A stretch of 63,771 bases of DNA, counting the filler, from Collodictyon triciliatum (lineage: Eukaryota), in NCBI GenBank assembly GCA_043381765.1. It is 5 parts of 5 records of this genome, joined end to end, with 100 filler letters (N's around TTAATTAATTAA, not from the genome) between each part and the next. Parts side by side here need not be neighbours in the genome. Positions count along the whole stretch, not along the records: positions 1 to 19,949 come from JBHJMP010000448.1; 4 more parts are not named here. One strand, written 5' to 3'. A program made the position numbers and the translations under genes. The notes under the pieces are model-generated. The model saw only the letters and a list, made by a program, of their open reading frames with translations. It searched no databases and was not told the DNA's origin. Each line of letters starts with the position of its first letter. The stretch's first letter is position 1. Positions 1 to 15,505 of the stretch are shown here, in pieces.

Positions 1-2868
<2,868 letters not shown>

Positions 2869-2946
2869 GGTCGCCACAGAGACTTGGTGGAAAGAAATAA
2901 GGGGATTGTTTAATTCATTTCTAGGTGATTGCGGGACTATATAAGG

Positions 2947-3769
2947 ATGATGGCAGACGGACTACTGAGAAAAGCCATTAAAGGACGAGAACAGAAAGAG
3001 TACCACAATTTCCCAATAGCTTTTTCATGGTTCCATTCTCTGCTTCAAACTCTGATATTGTTTTCTGTAGACTGTGAATCAATTCAGAGTCCCGCAAGAC
3101 GACAGCTTCATGGTCGGATTTCAACATTTCATGGCGTTCGTTAAGAATTTTGATTTCGCGCTCGAGTCTATATTATCAATATAAATACATACATAACGAT
3201 GATACTTTCATGCGACGAAGAAATATGTTAATAGGAACACGTTTATCGAATAAAGGAAAAAAAATGTTAATAGGAACACGTAACGAAAAATGGATTCAGT
3301 AGTGAGAAGATGTAACTTACCCCTCCACTTTATTACTAAACGCCGTCCTTTCGTCAGAGGAAATCAAACGCAGCCGCTGTAATTCATTCTCATTCTCCTT
3401 CAACCCTTTCAGTTATTTGCAATAATTAATTTGACTTTATGTGTATTAAATGTTGTAAGGAGGCTATATTTTCTGTCGTTCTTTTTCTATTCCCATACAA
3501 ATACTACAATTGGTGTGGTTTGTGTTAAGACATGACTCATAATCGCCTTCACAGCGATGAATATATATAAACCAAGGTACCCGTAAGCTTTTCACGAGTC
3601 AATTTGGTTATGTGCTCATATTTTGTTTCACAGAGGCCGACAAGTCCAGTCAGTAGCTCTTCCAGTAGCATACCCCTTTCGATGCATTGAATGGAAACCT
3701 AAAACAAAGGATTCATCACAATCTATCACTGAAAAAGTATGTGACTTTTAAAGACTAAAGCACTATTTT

Positions 3770-3818
<49 letters not shown>

Positions 3819-4148
3819 ATACTTGACGGGCAACTTCAGCGATGCACGATGTGTACACGTTTTTTGCGACCTCAAAATCAACTAATAAATCATAATATTA
3901 ATTTATCTAAAATATGCAAACGAAATGAAGGCGATTCGTGAAGAACAAAAAAGGAAGTTAAAATGAAGAGAAAATCAAAATCTTACTGACAGCATCACCG
4001 ATATCTTCCATCATTTTGTGATAGCAACTCTTCAGTAACTCAACTTCTTGCCTTGAAGATGGATACCTTGATGGAAATACACGACGCAAAATCCTACCAC
4101 CTTATGTTCCGAGAGCAAGCGATTCAACAACAGATCGAGTGTGCGTAG
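2947..4148 (+). CDS. Hypothetical small multi-exon protein
   Basis: ATG 2947 (MMADGLLRKAIKGREQKE); short GT-AG-bounded exons including GRQVQSVALPVAYPFRCIEWKPK and a last exon HHRYLPSF...FREQAIQQQIECA*. Exon phases not fully resolved. Confidence 0.4.
3225..3281 (+). mobile_element. Mini retroposon 3' end (21 nt, 3243-3263) with 18-bp TSD
   Basis: ATGTTAATAGGAACACGT at 3225-3242 and 3264-3281 flanking TTATCGAATAAAGGAAAAAAA. Confidence 0.85.
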
Positions 4149-4161
4149 CATACATAGATGG

Positions 4162-5245
4162 CTATGTCAGGAGGGTCATTGAGAGAGAAAGAGCGCGCTC
4201 ACTTTGATCCCTCCCATTGTCGATTGTTTCCCACAGATGGTATTTCTCGGGGATGGTTGTTTTGTAACCCTCGGGAAGAGCAGCACCCTGGCTGAGATTT
4301 GTCTTTTTCACCTCCACAGTATCTGCACTTGATTCTGGGTTCCCCTCAACGGCACCCTTCAGTTTATGAAATATAAGGCACCCAAGAAATAACCACAATC
4401 TTAAAAAAAAAGAAAAAGAAAGAAGGAATAAGAATGAACATTATAGAATGAATCCACACTATACATAAATAAATATCTTATCAAAAATATCAACAAAGAA
4501 AAGATAAAAAAAAAGCTCAATTATGTACGTATTTGTATTTGTATATATTATACCTTTCCCTGGGGTTCTCCTCGACTGAATGCAGGAGCTGTTTGTGGAC
4601 GGGATTTTGCTGACTGAGGGCGAACCTTCCCCGGTGCTGTCATGTGTAAAACAATATGATTCCATGAAATAAATTGGTGCTCCATTAAATAAATTATTAT
4701 GATTGTTCTTACTTTCTGACATATTATTTTGATTTAAATGTTGGTAAAAGAACGATTCATTAGTTGCTGTGGCCATAGATGAGTTTGACAGTATTTTTCT
4801 GTTGTACTTTTGATGATGATAATAATGACATACACGGGTATCCGGCTTGGAAGGATGGAGATGTTGGCGACCGTGTCGGGCTTGCGTATTTTACTGGAGT
4901 TCTATGATACATCGACATAATATATAAAAGGATACAAAATTAATACTAATCCAGAAGAAACACAGTGCATGATTCCATGTATATGATCATATATATATAG
5001 CAATACTAAAAGATGAAGCGAGATGATGAACGAACGAACGAACGAACGAACGGACATATGAGCACGTACTTTGAGACGTCCAATGGCATATTTGGAGGCC
5101 GCGTGGCACCCGCAGAGGCTGATCGTCGCAATATGACTTCCTGCGAATGGACACGATGCAAAGTCGGATGTTGGGCAGCATCGCGTGCGAGTCCACTCTC
5201 AAAGTCCCGTCGGGTGCCTTCAAAGAGAAGAACAGGGCGTGTCAT
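4162..5245 (-). CDS. Hypothetical Ser/Pro-rich protein (about 4 exons)
   Basis: MTRPVLLFEGTRRDFESG...LDVSK|TPVKYASPTRSPTSPSFQ with GT-AG boundaries; last exon ORF 4162-4398; phase of exon 3 ambiguous. Confidence 0.4.
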
Positions 5246-5287
5246 GGAATCTGCGTGTCGGCCAGAGCCTGTGTTCTGTTGTGCCTG

Positions 5288-5430
5288 AAAGAAAAAAGAA
5301 AAAGAAAAGAAAATGAAAAAGAAAAAGAAAAAGAAAAAGAAAAAGAAAAAGAAAAAGAAAAAGAAAAAGAAAAAGAAAAAGAAAAAGAAAAAGAAAAAGA
5401 AAAAGAAAATGAAAAAGAAAAGAAAAAGAA
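5288..5430. repeat. (GAAAAA)n microsatellite
   Basis: Direct tandem repeat. Confidence 0.95.
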
Positions 5431-6111
5431 ATGTTATCAGAACGAATATTTGAAAGCCTAATGCTAACTCGTTCACGCGAGCGGACTTTCAGCTTCGTCC
5501 ACGCCGCGAATCAACGCAGCGACTGCGAACCCGTCGGCCGCTTTGTTCGGCGACATTTTGCTTCGGAGCCGATCATCTGTGCTTCTTTGCCGAATCTGCG
5601 TGTCATTTCCCGCGATCGGCGCACATCATTCAAGAAAAGAATTCCATGGCGGGTGCACATTCCACATTCGGTCGATTTGCTGCATATAGGGTTTCAACTG
5701 AACCCTTTTGTGGAATACACATATGGCATCATTGCACATAGAAAAGGGCGCAAGCAATCCGTTTGTCGCGGACACCAAACCCTGTATCTAAAGTATACGA
5801 CAGACAACCGCAATCAAAACACATCTGCTGCTGGCCAAAAGGAAAGCATCGTGACATCCACGCAGAGGAACAAAGCGTCTAAACCGTGAACCGAACACAA
5901 CCGTTTCTTTTCATGTGTGTATCTGTCAGTTTACGGCGTCTGCTTGTGATGCTGCCTCGTGTGTGTAATTCCCTTCAAGCACCGCCCCCAAGCAAATGAC
6001 AAGTCAAACTTTTGCTCGAAACTCAATGCCCGACAGACGAAACCTTTGGTCGTGGCCAAGCAAAACGGCAACGGGAGGAACAAAAATAAAGAAAAAACCT
6101 TTTTTTTTCTT

Positions 6112-6298
<187 letters not shown>

Positions 6299-6377
6299 AA
6301 TTCTCCACGGCACAGTTCCTCTTGGAGAACCAGCACATCGATGCAGGCCGAGTAATCAAGTAAATACATGCAAAGAA

Positions 6378-9300
6378 ATGACGACACTGAGTCTCTTTCA
6401 CCGCAAGTGGCTTCTCGGTCGTGACGATCTGATCATCCCGTCGGCCATTCTATCGATTCTTCTCCTGCTGATGCTATGTGTCCTGGTCGTGGCAGAAGAG
6501 ATGCGACGAGGCGCATGTGTATGCATGGCTGAATCAGATAATGTGACTATTCTGTACCGTTTGATATCATTTACTTCCTTTTAATTAAAATTCTGTTTCT
6601 TTTTTTAAAACCAGAAAGCTAGATACGCATCTACATGTATGGATATGTGTAAATAAACACTTTCTCTAATCTTTTCCTTGTCCTAAATCAATGGCATGGT
6701 ACATCTGAAACGCAGTGCCCTCATGATTGGCACCAGTATTATCTTTTGTGGATGATATTTGTTTACTTTGTGGCGCTGATAGTCGAGTTGTTGATTGGAT
6801 ACATATCGTGGAATCACCATCCGTCGGCAGATTCAGCCTTTGCTCAAGGACAACTTCTTTCTCTGGATCCAAACTCGTACCCATACCGGCAGGTTTCAGA
6901 TTCACCAACTTTCATAATTTAAAAATAATTTCGATGTTTTTTTAATGATATTATTATTGATGTGTTTATATGCAGCTTCACCAACATGCGTGCTCGACCT
7001 CATTTACCAACCATGACCTTGACGCAAGCAAAAGAGATACTTGTAATCTGGAAGGAGAAATCACCATCGATATCGCACCATTAATCCCATCTGTCAACAG
7101 CACTTTCCACCTCGAGAAGGGCCAATCTGCTCGACTCAGATCAATCCACAAGGAGAGGCTGCAGGATGACTCAGAGTGGAGAGATTCGGCAACCCAAAAT
7201 GGCCATAACCTTTCGACCTATGGAAACGAAAAAAGACCAGGATTTGGAGCCGATATTCTGAATGTATTGCTCTACATCAAAGCATTCGTCATGACCGTGG
7301 AAATTCTTTCTACTGTCTATGGTGTTTCCGTTTCCTATTTCATCCAGGATAACTGCCCCATTGGTTCAACCGAGCATTATCTCCCTTTAATTGTTGCTGG
7401 TTTGAGCACACTGGTAAGCCGAAGAAACGTTCCTTAATCGCCTTTTTAAACTTCTTCAACAATACTAATACCCCAAACTCTTTTAAAAATATACACGCAA
7501 TCAAAAATTTCTGTAATTTAATATATACCACTTCTGTTTTATTGTATTTAAATGGTTGGCTCTTATTTTTTTAATCGCTCATTCAATAAACCCTTCAAAT
7601 CAAACCAACAGAGTATACTGTTGGAAAGTTTGATAATTTGCTGTGCGATGGGCTTTGGTTTCTTTGGCGTACACAAGTACCATTCTGACCAAGACCTTGT
7701 ATATTTGAAATTCTTATCTCTATGATATGAATCAGATGAGCATATTTGTATTTTTTTGAGTATATAATTCTGGAACAGAAGAAAGAGCCACTTATTTTTA
7801 AAACTTTTGTTTGCATGAATACAAATAGGAACAAGTTTACAAGAATTCTTGCATGAAACTGTATTGCTGTTTCGTCCCAACCACAAACGAAAATGAGCCC
7901 ATATTCCACACAGCATCCCTGTTTTTTCTTCGTTTCTTCTCCAACTTTGACCTTGTCCCATCTGATATTATGATGGGATTGCTGCTTGTGCAGAATATCC
8001 AGAGGTATTTAAAACATCCTCCTATAGAAGACATGCCTATCCATCTTGTGATAGACCACATCAACAGCAAGACGCATATCCACCGTCCGCTTTACAGCAA
8101 GAATTCCTGGCTGAATGCCCATCGAGAAAAGATGGCCATGTATCTGTGTAAATACTCAATAGCGGCATACACCTGGCCAAATTATGTTCTTATGCACCCT
8201 TGGATTGGACCGTTCTCTTTGACGTTCGAATCCCTAGGCCACTCCTTTCATATAAAGGACGCATGCAACTTAAACAGAAGACACTGGCTGGAGCAAGGTT
8301 TGGACGATGGCTTACTGTCCCACGGCTCTTATCCTGTGGTAGTGGGTGACAATTTTTGCAGCCTTCATGTTACTGCGCTTTTGAGAGTGGCCAATATCAG
8401 TCGTGATGATTTGATATATGCGAAATTATCGGTAGTATAATTTGATCAAAAAAAAGAAAAAAGAAAAGAAGAGAGACATAGAAGTAATGCTCCATATGTA
8501 ACATTTTAGAGTATTTTGAGACTGATACTAACTAAATGCCTCGCGTGTAGGTTGACATCTTCCAACCAGTATATTTCATCGCTGTGGACCATGAGACACA
8601 ATCGGTGGTTTTGTGCATCAGGGGGTCAATGAGTGCGCAGGATACGCTAACGGATGCCATTGCAGAAACAGAGGTCCGTAAGAACAGCAGTCATAATTTT
8701 GAATAATCAAAAAAAAAAATAATCAAGTTTTCCAATCATAAGTTGACGAACTTGCGCTTGGAATTTTCAGTTGGTACACAAACATTGCGAAAGACAAAAA
8801 CAATTGGATTGTATATTTCCCACGTTGCCGTTAATTGCATTTCGAATTGCTTGTCTGGTTCCTAAATCACGGTACATTAAACCAGCCTTTGGACAGCGAC
8901 GGATTTCCTAGCGAGTTTGGACATAAAGGTGTGGTCACCGCAGCACGTTGGTTAATATCAGACCTCCAACAGCATGGATTGCTTCATAGGGTAAATATAC
9001 AATTGATTCGGCTCCTGAATCAGAGATAATTTCCGTTTTTTTTTTTAATATTATATTAGCATAATGCTATAAATCTTAAAAGTTTTTTAATGAATATTAT
9101 GTGAAAAATGGATTATATGTTGTATCGTAATTTCTACTTGGCAATTTTACTACCTTAAAAATCGAAAGGCTCTGCAAAAACAAATAAAACGAGGCCCAGG
9201 TTTATCGCAGTGTTGCTACACATTGAAGGTTATATTTTTTTCAAAAAATATATGAGAGTACTGATGATATGACAGCTATAGCTTGCATAAACCATATGGC

Positions 9301-10794
9301 CTTTTTCTTTTCCAGCCCCAACGTTTATCTCTAATTTATCAATCCACGTGATTTTTAAATTAAGGAAACAGTGCAATACAGAAACATCATATCAGGTTGT
9401 AGGTCATTCACTGGGTGCTGCTACTGCCTCACTTGTTGCTCTGTATCTGAGGCCGGAGTTTCCCGACCTTGAATGCTACACTTATGGAACACCCCATGTT
9501 ATGACTGAAGGACTAAGGTGGGTGCTGTGTATACAACGAGCCAGGCAAATCACGCATCGTCCATTGCTATTGAGCCTGATTACCAACCAACAAATTTCGA
9601 ACTACATTTAATAATAGAGATGATTAAATGGTAGACCATTCAATAAAGAATAATAATAATAATAAAAAAAAAAGCTGCCACTAATTATTTTATTTTGGCT
9701 CGGTTTGCCAACTACAGTAAAATGTGCGAACCTTTTGTTACGTGCGTTAGTCTGGGGCATGACCTTGCTACACGTCTTTCTTTAGCGGCCATCGAGCGAC
9801 TTCGAAATGCCGTGGCAAGTCTCGTTCCTCTGAGCAAAAGGTTTTTCTTATTCTCGCAAACTTTAATTTGAATGGAATCAAAGCAAAACGACAGACCGCA
9901 AAGCCACGAACAGAGCAAAGCATTTCGCGGGAAACATCTGACCTATCCAAACGATAAATTGATTCCAGTGTGGAGCATTACAAAAAGAAAAAGTGTCAAT
10001 AAATTAAAATATTGCTAATAATTTTTCTTCTCCTTTTGTTTTACTCTTATCTTTACCAATACATACATATAATAAATTGATAATAGACATAAATGGGATA
10101 TCCTGACTGGGCGAATCCGACAGAGAGGAACAAGGGAGCCGTCAGACTATTTTCAGGATGTCGCCAAGGCCGTGGAGGTTTATCGGAAGTGTCTCGAGTA
10201 ATTCAACGCAATGCTTTTTTATGAACCCTGCTTGGTTAATCTTTTCCTTTTTCCGCTTTTTCCGCTTTTTCCGCCTTTCACATGTTTTAAACCAAAAGAA
10301 AGGAAATGCACTGCTGTTTCAAAACACATATTTGTAATTCCCGCTGCCTCTCTTTCTCGCCGAACTCTGCCCGCATGTAATCAATCTCCGCTTGACAGGA
10401 CAAACCCACACCTGTCATCCACGCTCTTCACACCCGGCCTTGTCCTTCAAATCGACTACGAGATAGCCTCGCCAGCGCATTGCAGCTTTGTCTCCCGTTT
10501 TCTGCGCTTCAAGGAAAAGTACAGAGTCTACCATCATGCCGTGTTCGCTTGGCCCCAATCCACCACCCATCCGCTCAGCTTTTCGAATCAGCATTGCGCT
10601 CGCCTGCCTTTAACCACACCTTTCTTTTTCTTTGCCATCTTTCTCTTCCATTTCCTCCAACCAGAAAATACACACTTCGCTGGTGTCAGAAGGAAAGCTA
10701 CCAAAACATCATCGTGTGCAGCCAGATGGTTCCGGACCACATGCCGTTCGAGTACCTTTACGCATCCGAGGCCTTGATGAAGGCATACCAGTAG
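6378..10794 (+). CDS. DAGL: sn1-specific diacylglycerol lipase-like (N-terminal TM helices + lipase class 3)
   Basis: N-terminus MTTLSLFHRKWLLGRDDLIIP matches the DAGL FxRxWxxxxDDL motif; VYFIAVDHETQSVVLCIRGSMSAQDTLTD, GHKG, catalytic VGHSLGA (~9400), SLGHDLATRL (Asp), MVPDHMP (His); TAG at 10792-10794. Confidence 0.9.
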
Positions 10795-11123
10795 TCGCGT
10801 CGCGTCGCGTCGCTTCTGTCTTCTCCACAGCCTTTTCTCCACACACAAATGTTTCGGTTCCCCTTTCCTTCTCGTTCTGTTTTTCTATCTCTTCCCTTCC
10901 TCCCATCACGGCATCGGTATTAGAGCTCCCGGACACAACAAACCAACCATCCTCGCTGCTTCTTTTCTTTGTTTTATTTGCCACCTTCCAGGCGTGCCGA
11001 GCAGCAGAGACCAGAGTATGAAAGACAAGGTCACCGCGTTAGGGGATAGATAACTGCAGCTCTGATTGCGTGTGCGCCAGATTTTTTGCAGCAGCGGCCC
11101 GGTTCTGTGGGGGTTTGCGCTGT

Positions 11124-11516
11124 TCATTTATCGGGCCAGTATTCCTGCAGCTGCGGATAGCGCCGCGCATAAAGCTGCCACAAGGTGTGCTTGGTCGCCT
11201 GCTGCCGCTCCTGCTCGTAGGGAAGATACGCGATCAACCCCGTCGACACAACAAGAAACACATTCCGCACGCGAAGGCCGACTCGCTTGATTGCTGGATG
11301 CATGAAGACGGATGTCCTGCCTGGAAGCGCTTCTGGCTGGCTGGGTTTGCGATTTGTGTGGAGTTTGGCTGTCGGGCAGGATTCGTGCGCGTATCGATTT
11401 GGATTCAGTGTTGTCAGATACGCAGCGGCAATGGTAGTCTCTCGCCTCCTATCGTGGCGTTTGGGTGCGCACGATACCACCGATCAGGAACCGATTTCGC
11501 TCACCTTGGATACCAT
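11124..11516 (-). CDS. Small (~74 aa) single-pass membrane protein, two exons
   Basis: Exon 1 11516-11505 (MVSK, donor GTGAGC); exon 2 11336-11124 PEALPGRTSVFMHPAIKRVGLRVRNVFLVVSTGLIAYLPYEQERQQATKHTLWQLYARRYPQLQEYWPDK*. Confidence 0.55.
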
Positions 11517-11777
11517 AATCAAAATATCATACTCAAATTCCCGTATATAATTGGGAAAAGGGAACTGGGTTCACCCCTCGGCCACAAGACCACAGGCCGC
11601 GGTTCGGTGAATGCATCTTTTCTGCTTTCGTTTTATAATCATGTAGAATTACGGAGACAAGAATAAAGTCTGGAGAGGAATAAAAATAAAAGAGGAGTTA
11701 TATTAAGTGACACAGAAACAAAAAAAAAAAAATAAAAATAAACAAAAAAATAAAAACAATAAGAAGTAACTCGGCAA

Positions 11778-12312
11778 TCAGCAGGGCGCGGGGAGTTCGT
11801 CTGACGAATCCAAGGGAGATGTTTGGATGCAGAGGGTTTTGCAGACTGGGCTCGACTTTGGGCTTTGGACTCTGCCGTCGCTGTGTTTAGCCTGCAGACT
11901 GCTTTGTTGCGAGTGCGACTTTGGCAGCGCCAAAAGGACTTCAGGAAGGACCAGTAGTTTCTTTTTGTCGACCGTCGGATGGACAGCGCTTTCAATGGCG
12001 GACTCGCGCGTATCTTTGCTGCTGTCGCTGTCGCTGTTGTTGTCACATGTGTACTCCTTCCGAGGCAGAGAATCCTGCGTCACAACCGCCGAATCTGAGG
12101 CAGTGGCGATGGTCTCGTTCTTGTTGCTGCTTTGCGGTGGGACTTCAGAGTTGGGCTCGCCAGTGAACCACGGATGGTTCAGGGCTTCTTCGCAGCTTGG
12201 GCGGGCGCCAGGGTCGATGCGGAGGAGACTCCGGAGGAGATCCAGCGCTATTTTATGAAGATTTTTTTTTGAGATTTTATATCTCATATTTCCTTCATAT
12301 TTCCTTCATATT

Positions 12313-12377
<65 letters not shown>

Positions 12378-14293
12378 GTGTATGTGGACGGATGAAAAAT
12401 TGCAAGGTGGGGAAAACCTGCTTCGGAGAAAGGGCACTCTTCGTCCGTCGGGTAATCGAGCTCGTCGCACATTGTCCGTCGTTTGATCTCCAACTGGGGC
12501 AGAGTGAATGGCACAGGGAAGCGACGGAACATTCTAGAAGATGAAGTTGTTGTTTGATTGTTTTTTTTTCGTTTTGTAAGATTTTGGTGATTGATGGGGA
12601 GATGTTTAGCATTTTTGTTGTCGTGCAGCGAGGTGGTGGGTCATTTTGCAACTTGTGAAAGCGAAAAGAGTAAAAATAATTGAAAAGAAAAAAAGAGAAA
12701 AAAAGGTAACATAGCACGTGTATCTCTTTTTTTTCTTTTCATCTTGATAAGGGTGGCTGTGGAGATGGAGAAGAGAATACACAGAGGTGAAAGGATAAAA
12801 GGAAGGGTGGGGCATGGTTTGTGGGCGGGCTCGGATGTTATTGTGTATTACATACAAACTAGAAAAGGGTTGCTTACATGGTAAACAAGACTATTCCGAT
12901 TCCCCAGCAATCGATTTTTTCGTCATAGGAAGTATCATAGTCTGCCGCGTAGTACATCTCTGGGGCTATATATTGATTTGATTTATTTTTTTTTTAGTGA
13001 AATTCACATCCCCGCCGAATTGATATGTACAAAGAGTGTGTTTGTGAGGGTATAAAAACATGGCCATCTGCTCAATACAAAAAAAATGATTTTTTTTTTT
13101 ACATGGTGGCAAGTTTCAACGGGCTTATCGTATAAGAAAAGAAACCTATGTAGTTGATAGTCCCACAAAACTCGGTCATTTTGATATTTGGGTCGTACTT
13201 TTTTGCCATGCCGAAGTCAATAAGCACAAGATTCGTAATGTCCTTAGTCTTTCTGAGCATGATGTTCTCTAGCTTTACAGCAGTACAATATTTGGACTCA
13301 ATTCCACGAAAAATAAATTCTATTGGAAAGCCAACCACCGCATGCGCATAATGCTCAATAAATTCTCAGGTAAAAAAAAATACCTTGATATCACGGTGAG
13401 CGATGCTGTGAGAATGCAAGTAATTTACTGCGTCCAAGAGCTGGAAAGTTGCCATCCTAACCTCCTCTTCAGTATGCAGAGCTCCCTGGTCAATTTCAAA
13501 GTAAAGTTCCCCTCCTTCGAGACTGTTGCAAAAATAAAAAAAAATCAGTAAAAATGACGGATAAAATTATGGATTCGACATATAAAAAAGCAAGAGATTT
13601 TCGAAAAAGAAAAGATTTAAGGATAAAACTATACTATTCTGTTATCAGATAAACAACTGAATCTGTTTCGTAAGTGGCCTCGTATTTGATGATATTTGGA
13701 TGGTCGAGTGTCTGCAAGATGTCAGCCTGTGGTATGTATGTGTATCACATGAATTTATCGATTAATATCGTTCAGAGATACGAGAATATTGGCCGTAGGA
13801 AATAATTAGAGAGAAAACGACGATATTTGTTCAGGAATTTTCATGTTTAGTAAGACTCAATTGTCTGGCGCTTAGGAAGCGATAACACAATCGATATGAA
13901 ATTGGGGAATATATCATTCATGTACCTCATGTGTGGTGCTTGAGAGCCCAAGGTTTTTGAGAGACGGAATCAAGATGTTTTTCTTCATCATCTTCATGGC
14001 AAATTGTTTGCCAGTGTCGATTTTTTTGACAAGATTGATAGTCCCCGAGGTTGTCCTTTTGTTGCGGTTACCCACGAATTCGTTAGAGTCCAGTTTTAAG
14101 ATAGGAGAGGAAAAACGGGAAGGATATATAAAGATTCGAGAAATCTGAGTTGAATTATTGGCATTTGCTGTGAATGATATCCGTTGGGAAATTATGGGTA
14201 GCAGGAGTAAGCTTTTTTTTTTTATTGCCGCGCTTACTTGCACACTCGCTTCTCCAGCCTATAGTCATCCGTCACATTTCTCTTGGGAGCCAT
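11778..14293 (-). CDS. CAMK-group Ser/Thr protein kinase
   Basis: Spliced: FAMK, LDHPNIIK, EYLEGGEL, AHRDIK|LEN, IDFGMAK, FCGTINYI|APE, IDCWGIGI, RPSCEEALNHPWF; all GT-AG. Confidence 0.92.
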
Positions 14294-15505
14294 TTGTATC
14301 CTTCGTTTAATGAAGTGTTTTTTTCCCCTTTTATTGCGCCTGGCCGTCTGACAAGGAATAGACAAGTAAGCAAGGTGTTCAGGTTTCTGGGGGTGTGTTT
14401 TTGTGTGCGCGGCAGACGAGTGGTCGTCAATAAGCCCCCGCTTTAGAAGAAAAAAATTGTGCGCAAGGCACGTCTGAAAAAGCCATCAGCTTTAGTACCA
14501 CTCTAGTCAGGTTCATTGTATCCTGGCCTCTGTCTTGTTTTCTTCTGTGACGATATCAACTCCGCTCTTCAGCAATAATGCTGGTGTGCGACTTCGCCGA
14601 AAACAGGGCGAAACAAGAAAGGAGTGTTTGGAGCGATATGGATTTAAGTTGTCAAGAAAATTATGTACCGTACATTAAATACTCAAATTGCATTCTGAGA
14701 ATATATTTTCCTTTTATGGTATGGATAAGTGATTTTCCTTTTTGTTTTCTTTTTTCTTGTTTGGTATCATTTGGTGGCTGATTGCAGCGCTGCTTTGGCG
14801 CGGAGAAGACCCGCTCTGCCCTGCAGAAAATATCCGTGTGTTTGCGGCGGCGATCACCCGGCAATTTATACGGGCCGCTGTGCGTTCACCAATCCCGTTT
14901 CTGCGCGAAGTTTGGAGTTAGCTCTGCCGAACGAAGGAATCCACCGCGGACTTTCCAGGAAGCAGGACGCGATTTCCGGGAACTGTGCGGGAATCTGGTT
15001 TTGGGCTCTGCTGGAGGGATTGAATTCCAGAAAAAACCAAATTTCTTGGAAGTGTTGGATGAATTCCTTTGAGAATCGAACCAAGAGACGATGAGTTTGA
15101 GTCGGGGAAATTGTAGCGTTCACTCCGCTGTGCGTGTGCTCCAGGGCGGCTGTCATCCCTGGCGCGTTCTGCGTGGCTTTAAAGTCGCTTTTCTGGTTGG
15201 CAAGATGAACCATCCCTGAAAAGTTCTCCGTTGTCGCTCTGGTCTTGTCATGCAGTAGGCGAAAATAGAAACACGATGATACCATAAGCGATATCGGGGT
15301 TCTTTTGAGCCGCGAAACTTGTCTGCATTTTGGTGGATAGGGAATTTATTGGTGCCTCACTCTGTAGCGATTGCACATGAGGACATGCTATCTACGCTCC
15401 TTTGCCTGGCGCTGTGGAAGTGGTCCGTGGATAAGAAAAAGGACTGTGTCGAGAGAAACTCCAGCAATCTCTCCCTTCCCATTCGCCGTATCGCCTCCTT
15501 CGTGT

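Noticed and set aside
3225-3281. Duplicated AG-GAACAC-GT as tandem 6-nt microexons
   Set aside because: Better explained as the TSD of a mini retroposon insertion.
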